A stretch of DNA of 64,000 nucleotides from an uncultured Chloroflexia bacterium (GCA_963765765.1 CAVXYC010000027.1:185651-249650), one strand, 5' to 3'; positions 8,223 to 20,118 are shown, counted from the stretch's first letter. Numbers and translations are program-made. The notes: generated from the sequence alone by a model not told the origin.

Positions 8223-10217
8223 TCACGCATCGAGAGTATAGGGAAGTCGGACGGTGAATATGCTGCCACTTCCGAGCTTACTTTCGACGGTGACCTCTCC
8301 GCGATGTCGCTCGATGATGTACCTCACGCCCGTCAGTCCGATGCCCGCACCGTCAATTCGACTGGAGACATTACTGGCTCTATAAAATCGATCGAATACG
8401 TTGGCCAGATCCGATTCAGGGATTCCCATCCCTTGATCGGAAACGCGTATCAGGGCCCACGCACCGGTTTCATCCTTTTCCACGTCGATGGAAGTGGTGA
8501 TGACCCCGCCCTCGGGACTGTATTTCACGGCGTTCGTGAGAAGATTGACGAGGACGCGCTCGATGCGATCGCGATCCCACTGGCCAGAAATCTTGTCAAC
8601 GTTCGCGTCAACTTTGAGCTCATGTCGGTCGGTGGAAGCCCGCGTCTCCGCGACCGTCTCGCGGACCAGCGCCACAAGGTCAATGCGCTTGAGCTCGAGA
8701 TCGATGGGACGGTCCATCTGCAACCGAGCCACATCTAACAGCTCATTCACCATGCCCACAAGACGACTCGTGGCAATGTCGATCGCACGCAGACCATCGA
8801 TCATTGCCGCCGATTCATCACTCCCAACACGCTCAGCCTGACGTTGTAAAAGCTGCGCGCGCGCCTTGACGATCGCCAACGGGTTCTTCAGATCGTGGGA
8901 TGCCGCGGCCAGGAAGTCGTCCTTCTGGCGCTCCAGCTCCTTGAGTGCGGTGATGTCCTGAAATACGAGGACACCGCCAACGATGGCGCCATTTGAAGCT
9001 CGCACAGGAGCGCTATTGAGCAACACTGGGACACGCTCGTTCGTCGAGCCGTGCGGAAGTGTTATTTGCTCGCCGCGCACGATTTCTCCATCGCGCACCG
9101 ATCGCACCAGCGCATAGCGTTCGAGCGGGCGCTCCTGTCCTTTGGGATCTATACTTCCCATCGTTTGAAGCGCCCAGTGATCTTCAGGTGGCGGCACTCG
9201 TCCGAGTAACCCGCGGGCGGCTGCATTGCAGATCGTAACGGTTCCCGTCGCATTCACCACCAGAACGCACTCGGGAAGTACGTCTACCACTTGCTGAAGC
9301 TGATCTCGCGCGCGCTCCGCTTCAGCTCGCGCCGCGCGCTCTTCCAGCAGCCTCACGGCCTGGCGCTCGGCTTCTCGATGAGCAGTTACGTCCTGGGCAA
9401 TGGCGACGAAACCAATCAGTGTGCGGTCAGCGCTGAGTCGCTGCTCAAGCGCAAGCGACACATCGAATCGACGACCCGCGCGAGAGATTCCTTCCAGACT
9501 GCCTTCAGCCCGACCGTTACGCTCCACTTCCCGAAGCAAAGCGTCCATTGACTCGGTGCCCCCGATTGGCACCTCATGCAGCATCGAGAAGTGCGCTCGA
9601 CCTACAACTTCAGCGGCATCGTATCCGTAGATTCGTCGGGCGCCCTCGTTCCACGCCACGACGTTCGCGTTGAGGTCTAAGGCGACGATTGCGAACCCAG
9701 TAGCACCCTCGAGGACGCTGTTGAGTAAGGCTGTTGTCTCGGCAAGCTCGTTCGCCTGTTGGCGAATCTGTTCGGTTTTGCGAAATAGGTCAATGAATAC
9801 GGTGACTTTCGAGCGAAGGACATCGGGATCGAGCGGCTTGATGAGGTAGTCCACCGCGCCGATCGAATAGCCTTTGGCCACGTGAGATTCTCCGGTGATG
9901 GCCGCGGTGAGAAAGATGATCGGCGTGTGGCGGGACCGCTCGCGACCGCGAATAAGCTCGGCGGTTTCGAATCCATCCATCTCCGGCATCTGCACATCGA
10001 GGAGTATCACCGCGAAGTCATCCTGCAAGAGATGTTTGAGGGCCTGGGGTCCGGAATCGGCCCGAACGAGGCGGCGATCAGCAGCCGTGAGCAGCGACTC
10101 CAGCGCGGTGAGATTCTTCGGCTCGTCATCCACGAGCAGAATATTGACCACCCTCGGTTCGGAGATCCCCGGCCTCTGGCTTAAGCCATCTCGAAGCTCG
10201 ACATCGGTTGGAATCAT
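8223..10217 (-). CDS. Hybrid sensor histidine kinase (REC-PAS-PAS-HisKA-HATPase)
   Basis: N-terminal receiver LLVDDE...LLDVQMP, PAS-like segments, H-box SHDLKNPL, N-box NAVKYS, G-boxes DQGMGI and GIGL. Confidence 0.93.
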   Translation of the reverse strand: MIPTDVELRDGLSQRPGISEPRVVNILLVDDEPKNLTALESLLTAADRRLVRADSGPQALKHLLQDDFAVILLDVQMPEMDGFETAELIRGRERSRHTPIIFLTAAITGESHVAKGYSIGAVDYLIKPLDPDVLRSKVTVFIDLFRKTEQIRQQANELAETTALLNSVLEGATGFAIVALDLNANVVAWNEGARRIYGYDAAEVVGRAHFSMLHEVPIGGTESMDALLREVERNGRAEGSLEGISRAGRRFDVSLALEQRLSADRTLIGFVAIAQDVTAHREAERQAVRLLEERAARAEAERARDQLQQVVDVLPECVLVVNATGTVTICNAAARGLLGRVPPPEDHWALQTMGSIDPKGQERPLERYALVRSVRDGEIVRGEQITLPHGSTNERVPVLLNSAPVRASNGAIVGGVLVFQDITALKELERQKDDFLAAASHDLKNPLAIVKARAQLLQRQAERVGSDESAAMIDGLRAIDIATSRLVGMVNELLDVARLQMDRPIDLELKRIDLVALVRETVAETRASTDRHELKVDANVDKISGQWDRDRIERVLVNLLTNAVKYSPEGGVITTSIDVEKDETGAWALIRVSDQGMGIPESDLANVFDRFYRASNVSSRIDGAGIGLTGVRYIIERHRGEVTVESKLGSGSIFTVRLPYTLDA

Positions 10218-11047
10218 GACATTCGCCGAAATGTTCCGGCGGGACCGTATTGCTGATATCGCATGCCGCTATCAACGCTGGGCGCCTGCTCGGCTTCGCC
10301 GAGGCTCAGGAAACCTAGCCGTACCAGGCTTCCACGGAGCAGCTCAATTACACGATTCCCCACCGCGGGGTCGAGCATGGAGAACACGTCGCGACACACG
10401 ATGACGTGGAATTCATTGAACACGCCGTCAGTCATGACGTTGTGCTGAGCGAAAATCATATTTCGACGCAAAGATGGATCAAATTCCACGTGATCCTGCC
10501 CTACCGTGTAATAGTCACGCAATGAAAAGTGACCGCCGGACTCCCGATATCCCGCATCCGATCGGGCCAGCGACGCAAGATCGAATACACCCTCACGGGC
10601 ACGCCGAAGTCCCCTGTCGTCACTATCAGTCGCATAGAGACGGCATCGTTCGTAAAGACCTGCTTCTCGAAAAAGGATGGCCATAGCGTAGACGTTCTCG
10701 CCCGCCCCGCAGTCCATGTGCCAGATTCGGATGAACGGATACGTTCTCAACAACGGAACGATGCTTATGAGGAAACTGCGATAGAAATCGGGGTCGTGAA
10801 AGATTTGCCGCTGAGGACGAGTGAGCCGCCGGATGAGCCGATCTCGAGAGCTCGAGTCGTGCAGGAGTTTCTCGCGAAGTCCTCTCGTGGTTTCGAGCCC
10901 CTCTCCAAGCACCTGCTCACGAAGCTGACTTCTCAGGTGGACGACATCCAGCGATCCTGGATCGAACCCTCCGCTTTCGCGCAAGACATCGATAATCTCG
11001 GACTCGGTGCTATCCAGCACGCTGGTCACGTGAAGCTGCTTCACCAT
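10214..11047 (-). CDS. cheR: CheR-type protein-glutamate O-methyltransferase
   Basis: IRIWH..C..GE.VY.MAI, YATD, FAQHN..TD..FNEFHVI.CR and LG.AE motifs; the SAM-binding motif is somewhat degenerate. Confidence 0.8.
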   Translation of the reverse strand: MVKQLHVTSVLDSTESEIIDVLRESGGFDPGSLDVVHLRSQLREQVLGEGLETTRGLREKLLHDSSSRDRLIRRLTRPQRQIFHDPDFYRSFLISIVPLLRTYPFIRIWHMDCGAGENVYAMAILFREAGLYERCRLYATDSDDRGLRRAREGVFDLASLARSDAGYRESGGHFSLRDYYTVGQDHVEFDPSLRRNMIFAQHNVMTDGVFNEFHVIVCRDVFSMLDPAVGNRVIELLRGSLVRLGFLSLGEAEQAPSVDSGMRYQQYGPAGTFRRMS

Positions 11048-11059
11048 CGTTCAGCACCG

Positions 11060-14000
11060 CTACCGATACAGCCAAACCCGCATAAGTGAGATGAGCTGAT
11101 CAATGTCGACCGGCTTGGTGATGTAGTCGGATGCGCCGGCCTCAATGCACTTCTCTCGGTCCCCCTTCATCGCCTTGGCGGTAAGAGCAATGATCGGCAG
11201 ATTGGCAAATCGGTCGTCAGTCCGAATATGCTGGGTCGTTTCGAATCCGTCCATCTCCGGCATCATGATATCCATGAGGACGATATCGGCGGGTTCGTCG
11301 GACTGAAGCGCTTCGATACCGTCACGACCGTTCTCAGCGTACGAGATATGCATCCCGTAGCGCTCCAGGGCACTCGTGAGCGCAAAGATGTTCCTCATAT
11401 CGTCATCAATGATCAGCACGCTTCGACCTTGCAGGGCCGGATCAAGCCGCTGAGCGTCTCTGAGGAGCTTTCGCTTTGACTCGGGAAGACGCGCCTCAAC
11501 ACGGTGCAGGAACAGCGCCGTTTCATCGAGCAATCGCTCCGGAGACTTGACGTCCTTCACGATGATGGTCTCTGCAAGTGAGCGCAGCTCGGATTCTTCC
11601 GCGCGTGTAAGCTCCTTGCCCGTGTACACAACGATAGGAACTGCGACATCGACATCGTTCTTGATCCGCTGTATGAGCTCAAACCCCGTCATGTCCGGCA
11701 GTCCGAGATCGAGCACAACGCAATCAAAGCGCTCATCGGACAGCGCTTGAAGTGCTTCGGCACCGGTCTGAACGCCGACCACTCGAACATCATCATCGGC
11801 AATAAGCGAGATGATCGCGTTCCGCTGAATGTCATGGTCCTCCACCACCAGCAGGCTACGAAGATCTCGATCTACGAATCCGATAAGCCGATCGAACGCG
11901 GCGCCCAGCGTCTCTTTCGTCACCGGCTTCTGGAGATGCGCGATGGCTCCCTCCTGTAGCGCCCGCTGCTGGTGCTCGTTCGCAGTGATCACGTGAACGG
12001 GAATATGCCTGGTAAACGGATCGTGCTTGAGGAGATCTAGAACCTTCCATCCGCCCAGCTCAGGAAGCTGGATGTCCAGCGTGATGGCATCGGGTTGATA
12101 TTCACGCGCCAGCGTCAACCCGACTCGGCCGTCCAGGGCGACGAGGCCGAGGAAACCCCTCTCTCGCGCAGCAGTCAGAAGAATGCGGGCGAACGCGGCG
12201 TCGTCCTCAATGATGAGGAGCACACGATCACCCGCGTTAATCTTGGCACGATCGTCATCGAAGTGAGGCGCTTTATCATCCGGCGGGCCGTCACCATCCG
12301 AGGTGACGGCACCAGATTGCTGACCACGCGCTGCGGGCAGAACCGGCGTCCGGTTCGAGCACCGGCGCCGTTCGGCCACGATGATCGCGATGCGGGTCAC
12401 TCGAGATAGATTCAGGTCGATTCACCACCGCGACGGGCTCTAACGATATTGGGATATAGAGGGTAAACGTGCTGCCCTGATTGCTGTGGCTAACGAGTCC
12501 GATCTCGCCACCCAGCAGCATGGCGATCTCGCGGCTGATGGACAGGCCCAAGCCGGTGCCGCCGAATCGGCGACTCGTATCCATGTCAGCCTGCTGGAAT
12601 GCTTCGAAGATGGTTGACTGCTTTTCAGGCGGAATTCCGATTCCGGTATCCCTCACAGAGAACGCTACGACCGAACGCGCCCGGTTGAGGGTCTCCTGGC
12701 TCTCACTCCAACCGCCATCGGCCAGACCGATACGGAGATGTACTCCACCTGTGTCGGTGAACTTGAATGCGTTGGACAACAAGTTTTTTAAGACTTGCTG
12801 GAGTCTGGTAGCGTCGGTCCAGAGGGCCGTGGGCAGGGCAGGGTCCACTTCAACGTCGAAGTCCAGCGCACGTTGCAACGCTACCTGGCGGAATGTCCGT
12901 TCCACCTCATCTCTGATCTCGGCGAACCGAACCTGACCGATATCGATGGCCGTTGTGCCAGATTCGATCTTGGAGAGATCAAGGATGTCGTTGATCAGGG
13001 TAAGGAGGTCATCACCCGCCGACCGAATCGTCTCCGCGAATTCAACCTGCTTCGGCGTGAGGTTGCCGTCGGGATTATCCGCGAGCTGCTGCGACAGGAT
13101 CAGAAGGCTGTTGAGCGGGGTTCGCAGCTCATGCGACATGTTCGCCAGGAACTGCGATTTGTATTTCGACGTCAGCGCGAGCTGCTCGGCTTTGAGCTCC
13201 AGATCGCGACGCGCCTCCTCGATCTCGCGACGACGGCGCTCCACCTCTTCATTTTGCTCGGAGAGTAGTCGCGCCTTTTCTTCTAGCTCGAGGTTCGTTT
13301 GCTGAAGCTCTTGCGTGAGTGCCTGCGACTGCTTGAGAAGCTCCTCGGTACGCAGGTTAGCGACAAGCGTGTTGAGCACGATCCCGATGCTCTCGGCGAG
13401 CTGGTCGAGCAGCGAAAGGTGCGACTCGCTGAAGGGCTCGAACGAGGCCAGCTCGATGACGGCGCGGGTTTCCCCTTCGAAGAGCGCCGGAAGCACCACG
13501 ATGTTCAGCGGAGCCGCTTCGCCGAGGCCGGAGCTCACACGGATGTAGTCCGCCGGCAGGTTAGTGAGCAACATGCGCTTGTGCTCTCGGGCACACTGAC
13601 CAACCAGCCCCTCGCCGAGCTTGAAGTACCGCGGGAGATCGTCACGCCCCTGGTAGGCGTAGCTTGCAAGGAGGTTCAGGGTTGGCTCGCCATCGATGAT
13701 CTCGTTGAGATAAAACGCGCCGTGCTGAACCCCGACTAGGGGAGCAAGCTCAGAGAGAATGAGCCGGCCCACCGTCTGAAGGTCCCGCTGGCCTTGCAGT
13801 AGGCTACTGAACCTGGCGAGATTGGTGTTGAGCCAGTCCTGCGCGGTGTTCTTCTGCGTCGTATCACGCAGATTGCGGATCATCTCGTTGATGTTGTCCT
13901 TCAGCAATGCCACTTCACCCTCGGCTTCCACCTGAATAGAGCGCGAGAGGTCGCCTGAGGTGACCGCGGTTGCCACCTCGCCAATAGCCCGAAGCTGGGT

Positions 14001-17000
14001 GGTCAGAGTGGCCGCTAGCTGATTCACGTTGTCCGTGAGATCGCGCCACGTGCCTGCGGCGCCAGGAACATTGGCCTGGCCGCCCAACTTGCCTTCAGTA
14101 CCCACCTCACGGGCCACGGTCGTGACCTGGTCGGCAAAGGTGGCCAACGTCTCAGTCATGCTGTTGATCGTGTCCGCCAGCTCAACGATTTCGCCCTTAG
14201 CTTCGAACGTCAGCTTGCGCTTCAGATCGCCGTTGGCCACAGCCGTTACGACGCGAGCAATACCACGGACTTGTTCCGTAAGATTGCCGGCCATCGTATT
14301 CACGGAGTCGGTCAGGTCTTTCCAGGTGCCGGCCACCCCGCGCACCTGGGCCTGACCTCCGAGTCTGCCTTCCGAGCCCACCTCGCGAGCCACGCGGGTG
14401 ACCTCTGATGCAAACGAGTTGAGCTGGTCGACCATCGTATTGATGGTGTCTTTCAGCTCGAGGATCTCCCCGCGCACATCCACGGTGATCTTCTTGGAAA
14501 GGTCGCCGTTCGCCACGGCCGTGGTCACAGTGGCAATATTGCGAACCTGGCTGGTCAAATTTCCGGCCATCATGTTGACCGAGTCGGTAAGGTCCTTCCA
14601 GGTGCCAGCAACGCCAGGTACGTTGGCCTGGCCGCCCAGACGGCCGTCCGTACCGACCTCGCGAGCCACGCGGGTGACCTCCCACGCAAATGCGTTGAGC
14701 TGATCGACCATCGTATTGATGGTGTCCTTCAGCTCCAGGATCTCCCCGCGCACATCCACGGTAATCTTCTTCGAGAGGTCGCCATTGGCCACGGCCGTGG
14801 TCACCTCGGCAATATTGCGAACCTGTCCAGTGAGATTACCGGCCATCATATTCACGGAGTCGGTGAGGTCTTTCCAGGTGCCTCCCACTCCACGAACATC
14901 GGCCTGGCCGCCGAGCTTGCCTTCGGAGCCCACCTCGCGAGCAACGCGCGTGACTTCGGACGCGAATGCATTGAGCTGATCGACCATCGTATTGATGGTG
15001 TCTTTCAGCTCGAGAATCTCACCCCGCACGTCGACCGTGATCTTCTTGGAGAGGTCTCCATTAGCCACGGCGGTGGTGACTTCGGCAATGTTTCTCACCT
15101 GGCTCGTGAGATTTCCCGCCATGGTGTTCACCGAATCGGTGAGGTCTTTCCAGGTACCAGCTACGCCACGGACCTGCGCCTGCCCGCCCAGTTTGCCTTC
15201 GGAGCCTACCTCGCGGGCGACACGTGTCACCTCGGAGGCGAAGCCGTTGAGCTGGTCCACCATCGTATTGATGGTGTTCTTCAGCTCCAGAATCTCGCCG
15301 CGCACGTCCACCGTGATCTTCTTGGAGAGGTCGCCGTTAGCCACGGCCGTCGTGACGTCAGCGATGTTGCGGACCTGACTGGTCAGGTTGCCGGCCATCA
15401 TGTTCACCGAGTCAGTCAGGTCCTTCCACGTTCCGGCGACGCCGGGAACGTCCGCCTGACCACCGAGCTTGCCTTCCGAGCCGACTTCTCGAGCAACGCG
15501 CGTGACTTCAGAAGCGAAGCCGTTGAGCTGGTCGACCATCGTGTTGATGGTGTCTTTCAACTCCAGGATCTCTCCGCGCACATCCACCGTGATCTTCTTG
15601 GAGAGATCGCCGTTGGCCACCGCGGTGGTCACGTCGGCGATGTTCCGCACCTGGCTAGTTAAGTTACCGGCCATCGTATTCACGGAGTCGGTGAGATCCT
15701 TCCACGTCCCGCCGACATCGCGAACGTCGGCCTGGCCGCCCAGCTTGCCCTCCGAGCCTACCTCGCGTGCCACGCGCGTCACCTCGGACGCGAATGCGTT
15801 GAGCTGATCCACCATCGTGTTGATGGTGTCTTTCAGCTCCAGAATCTCCCCCCGCACATCCACCGTGATCTTCTTGGAGAGATCGCCGTTCGCGACAGCC
15901 GTAGTCACTTCCGCGATGTTCCGTACCTGGCTGGTCAGGTTGCCGGCCATCATATTCACGGAGTCGGTGAGGTCTTTCCAGGTGCCTCCGACACCTCGAA
16001 CATCGGCCTGGCCGCCTAGCTTTCCCTCCGAGCCGACTTCGCGCGCTACCCGGGTGACTTCCGAAGCGAACCCATTGAGCTGATCGACCATTGTATTGAT
16101 GGTGTTTTTGAGCTCGAGGATTTCTCCGCGCACGTCCACCGTGATCTTCTTGGAAAGATCGCCATTAGCGACGGCGGTCGTGACTTCGGCAATGTTGCGC
16201 ACCTGGCTGGTCAGGTTGCCGCCCATGGTATTGACGGAGTCGGTGAGGTCTTTCCAGGTTCCGGCTACCCCGCGCACTTCGGCTTGACCACCGAGCTTGC
16301 CTTCCGAGCCGACTTCTCGAGCAACGCGCGTCACTTCTGATGCAAATGAGTTGAGCTGATCCACCATCGTGTTGATGGTGTCTTTCAGCTCCAGGATCTC
16401 TCCCCGCACATCCACCGTAATCTTCTTGGAGAGGTCGCCGTTCGCGACAGCCGTGGTCACTTCGGCGATGTTCCGTACTTGCGCGGTGAGATTGCCGGCC
16501 ATCATGTTGACCGAGTCGGTGAGGTCCTTCCAGGTGCCACCGACGCCGCGCACATCCGCCTGACCGCCGAGCTTCCCTTCGGATCCGACCTCGCGTGCCA
16601 CGCGCGTCACCTCGGACGCGAATGCGTTGAGCTGATCCACCATCGTGTTGATGGTGTCTTTCAGCTCCAGGATCTCTCCACGCACATCCACCGTAATCTT
16701 CTTCGAGAGGTCGCCGTTGGCAACGGCGGTGGTCACCTCAGCGATGTTCCGTACCTGGCTGGTCAGGTTGCCGGCCATCATGTTCACCGAGTCGGTGAGG
16801 TCTTTCCAGGTACCCGCGACGCCGGCCACGCTGGCCTGTCCGCCCAGCTTGCCCTCAGATCCAACTTCGCGAGCCACCCGAGTCACTTCCGACGCGAAGG
16901 AGTTGAGCTGATCGACCATTGCGTTTACGGTCTTGCTGGAGCGGAGAAACTCGCCCTTCAGGGGGCGCCCATCAATCTCATCGGCCATGCGCTGCGAAAG

Positions 17001-17357
17001 GTCGCCGCGCGCTACTGCTCCGAGCACGCGACCGACTTCAACGGTGGGCTTGGTCAGATCGTCGATCAACAGATTGACGTTCTGGACATTGCCGGCCCAG
17101 GCTCCCCCAACCTCACCAAGCGTGGCGCGCTGGCCGATGCGTCCATCGCGTCCTACCACCTTCGATATGCGCTCCAGCTCTTTAGCGGTGCGTTGATTCA
17201 ATCCCACCAGGTCATTGAAGGCCGTGGCGATCTCACCGGAAATACCCGTGTGGCTGAGCGGCAGGCGGACGGAAAAGTCGCCGCGTTGTACTGAACGAAG
17301 CGCCGCGAGCAATTGTCGTTGATCAAGTTCGTCAGAGAGCGCTACGGCCGTGGACAC
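11060..17357 (-). CDS. Poly-HAMP hybrid histidine kinase (HAMP array-GAF-HisKA-HATPase-3xREC), split by an apparent frameshift near 12290-12400
   Basis: ORF 12291-17357 has the HAMP repeats, [12 protein letters not shown] and GGTGLGL. The overlapping ORF 11060-12400 carries three receiver domains that in homologs are part of the same polypeptide. Confidence 0.88.
13900..16930 (-). repeat. Intragenic tandem repeat with a 276-bp (92-aa) period, HAMP/linker units
   Basis: Ten WKDLTDS units plus one WRDLTDN unit. Shadow ORFs recur every 276 bp (14716/14992; 16369/16645). Boundaries approximate. Confidence 0.9.
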
Positions 17358-17588
17358 ACTTCCCCTCCGTGGATCGCCGTGCGCGGCGATGGGAACATGC
17401 TTATCAGCGTACAGACGGAAAATAGGGGAATCAACATGACTGTGAGAACGTTCGCGCTAGTAGAGATGCGGTTGGGCTAAGAGCGGCGGATTTTGGCTCG
17501 CAACCCAGATCGAAGTACACTGACATTAGTACATACATAACTTTCGTAGATGGGCATTCGTAACTGCCCCTAGTGTTAAGGAGAAATC

Positions 17589-18572
17589 GTGGCCAAGGTC
17601 GTAATGGGGCTCGGGACTGCCCATAGTCCGATGCTGAGCACTCCCCCAGACATTTATCCGCTGCACGCGGAGCGCGACATGGGCAATCCTGAACTGCTCT
17701 GGAAAGACGGCAAGTTCTATTCATATGAAGAGCTCCTCGAGAAAGTACCTGCAAATATGCAGGAGCTCATTTCGATGGACCGTTGGAATGAGCGTCACGA
17801 GGCATCGCAGCGAGCCATTGACCGCGTTGGTGATCTGCTGCGCGAGGCAAACCCAGATGTGGTAGTCATCGTTGGTGACGATCAGGAAGAGTTCTTCTTC
17901 GAAGACAATCGACCGTCGATCTCTATCTTCCATGGCGACAAGCTCATCAACCACGCCCATGACTTCTCCACACTGCCACCGTCGTTCCAAGCGGCTGCGT
18001 GGGGCTGGTACTCCGAAACAGAAGAGTCCTACCAGTGCCATCCCGAGCTCGCCACGCACATTGTGAAGAGCCTTGTCGCCGAGGACTTCGACGTTTCCAC
18101 AATGAAAATGCAGCCCGAGAAGTACTCAGTGGGTCACGCTTTCAGCTTTGTTGAGCGGCGCATCATGAAAGATCACCGCATCCCCATCGTGCCGGTGATG
18201 CTCAATACCTTCTATCCGCCGAATCAGCCGAATGCCAAACGCTGCTTCAATCTTGGCCAGGGCATCCGCCGGGCGATCGAAAGCTGGGACTCGCATCAAA
18301 AGGTCCTGGTCATGGCCTCAGGCGGCCTGAGCCACTTCGTGGTACTCGAGGAGCTGGACCGGATGGTCATCGACGCGTTCGAAGCCAAGGATTGGTCCAG
18401 GGTGACCAGCATTCCGGAGACGATGTTTCAGTCCGGAACTTCGGAAATCAAGAACTGGATTACCGTGGCCGGAGCACTGCAGGATCGAAGCTTCGAGCTC
18501 ATCGAGTACGTCGCCGGCTACCGATCACCCGCCGGAACCGGTGGCGGCTGGACCTGGGCGCAGTGGAAATAG
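17589..18572 (+). CDS. Class III extradiol ring-cleavage dioxygenase, DesZ (3-O-methylgallate dioxygenase)-like
   Basis: GTAHSPML, GDDQEE, GHAFSFV.RRIM, NTFYPPNQP, ASGGLSHFV, GTSEIKNW, YRSPAGTG; resembles the DesZ subfamily of LigB. Confidence 0.85.
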   Translation: MAKVVMGLGTAHSPMLSTPPDIYPLHAERDMGNPELLWKDGKFYSYEELLEKVPANMQELISMDRWNERHEASQRAIDRVGDLLREANPDVVVIVGDDQEEFFFEDNRPSISIFHGDKLINHAHDFSTLPPSFQAAAWGWYSETEESYQCHPELATHIVKSLVAEDFDVSTMKMQPEKYSVGHAFSFVERRIMKDHRIPIVPVMLNTFYPPNQPNAKRCFNLGQGIRRAIESWDSHQKVLVMASGGLSHFVVLEELDRMVIDAFEAKDWSRVTSIPETMFQSGTSEIKNWITVAGALQDRSFELIEYVAGYRSPAGTGGGWTWAQWK

Positions 18573-18608
18573 GTCATCGGCAAAGCCGCTGAGCACAATA
18601 ACGTGAAG

Positions 18609-18633
18609 GGAGGGGCACTGCCCCTCCGTTTTT
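18609..18633 (+). terminator. Intrinsic terminator
   Basis: GGAGGGGC-act-GCCCCTCC followed by GTTTTT. Confidence 0.6.
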
Positions 18634-18782
18634 ATGTCACCTCATCGCGGGAATGGGAGGTCTCCAAGGCTCTATACTGCGCAGGCAATCTGCCCGCGTG
18701 AGAGACTGAAGAGAGGCATTGTCCGCAATGTGCCGCTCGCCTCGTGCCACGCAGTGGCCGTGTACTGATTGAAGGAGGAGGT

Positions 18783-19448
18783 ATGGCAGCGACGACCGAG
18801 AATCTCGTCGAGCGACTACTCAAGCTCGATACCTGCGTCGTTTCAGACACACTCGACAAGCTCGGGATCAACGGTGCGGTCATCGGACTTCAGCCTATGT
18901 GGCATTGCCCCAAAATTCCCGGGCCAGTTGTGACGGTGAAGCTCAAGACCAAGGGCGATGAGCCACCGATCCGGCATCTGTGCACAGCGGCGGTTGAGAC
19001 TTCGAAGCCAGGCGACATCATCGTGATCGATCACGCCGGCCGTGACTACGCCGCCGGATGGGGTGGCATTCTCTCCCAGGCCGCCAAGGTGAAAGGCGTC
19101 GCGGGAGTGATCTGCGATGGCGCCATCCGCGATCTGGACGAGAGTCATGAGATCCGTTTCCCCGTGTATGCGAAGTGCGCCGTATCGGTAACAGCGCGCG
19201 GTCGAATCGTTGAGGAAGACTTCAACATTCCAGTAAGCATCGGCCGCGTGTCGGTTTCCCCAGGCGATATAGCATTCGCCGATGGAAGCGGAACCGTCTT
19301 CTTGCCGAAAGCACGGGCAGAGGAAGTAGTGAACGAGGCGGAAGCCATGGCGGCACGCGAAGCGGCAATGACCCGCGACGTGCAAGCTGGCAAATCCGTC
19401 GTGGAAGTTATGGGCACCAACTACGAGCAAATGACAGGAGCACATTGA
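18783..19448 (+). CDS. RraA / HMG-CHA aldolase (LigK-like) family protein
   Basis: WGG.L...A..KGVAGVICDGAIRDLDE and V.PGD...ADG.G motifs; strong RBS AGGAGGAGG. Confidence 0.85.
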   Translation: MAATTENLVERLLKLDTCVVSDTLDKLGINGAVIGLQPMWHCPKIPGPVVTVKLKTKGDEPPIRHLCTAAVETSKPGDIIVIDHAGRDYAAGWGGILSQAAKVKGVAGVICDGAIRDLDESHEIRFPVYAKCAVSVTARGRIVEEDFNIPVSIGRVSVSPGDIAFADGSGTVFLPKARAEEVVNEAEAMAAREAAMTRDVQAGKSVVEVMGTNYEQMTGAH

Positions 19449-20101
19449 TGGCAGATCCGATCATCGAGGAATTCAAACGACTTCCGACCGCCGCCGTGTC
19501 GGACGCAATCGACCGTGTGGGCATCCACGGCGTCGCCCTCGGCATCAAGCCTCTGACCCCGAGCTTCAAGCTCTGTGGCCGCGCGTTCACCCTGCAGTAC
19601 CGGCCGATCGGTTACGTTGAGAAGGGCACCGTTGGCGACTACATCGACGATGTGCCCGCGGGAGATGTCGTAGTCCTGGACAATGGCGGCCGCCTGGATG
19701 CCACTGTCTGGGGAGACATTCTGACGCTGACGGCGCAAAAACGCGGCGTGGCGGGCACGGTCATTGACGGCGTCTGCCGTGACGTAGCGCGCGCTATCGA
19801 GGTCAACTACCCTATTTACAGCCGCAGCCACACCATGCGAACGGGCAAGGATCGCGTTGAGGTGGTGGATGTCAACGTGCCGGTAGGACTCAACGACGTG
19901 CAGGTCCGCCCTGGCGATCTGCTCATCGGCGATGCCGATGGCATCGTGGTAATCCCGTGGTCCCGTGCTGAGGAAGTACTGAAAATCGCGCTCGAGATCG
20001 AAGTCGCGGAAAAGGCGATAGAGGAAGAAGTGCTCAAGGGCACGTCGCTCCGCGAAGCGCGCGTGAAGTTCCGCTACCACTCCCTACAAACCAAAGCCTG
20101 A
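19448..20101 (+). CDS. RraA / HMG-CHA aldolase family protein, second paralog
   Basis: TAAVSDAID, WGDILT, DGVCRD, V.PGD...GDADG; TGATG stop/start overlap with the upstream paralog. Confidence 0.88.
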   Translation: MADPIIEEFKRLPTAAVSDAIDRVGIHGVALGIKPLTPSFKLCGRAFTLQYRPIGYVEKGTVGDYIDDVPAGDVVVLDNGGRLDATVWGDILTLTAQKRGVAGTVIDGVCRDVARAIEVNYPIYSRSHTMRTGKDRVEVVDVNVPVGLNDVQVRPGDLLIGDADGIVVIPWSRAEEVLKIALEIEVAEKAIEEEVLKGTSLREARVKFRYHSLQTKA

Positions 20102-20118
20102 TGCTCGGGTAGCGAATT

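Noticed and set aside
13900-16930. Regular 276-bp periodicity and recurring plus-strand ORFs
   Set aside because: These are HAMP coding repeats and their antisense shadows; there is no repeat-spacer structure, so it is not CRISPR.
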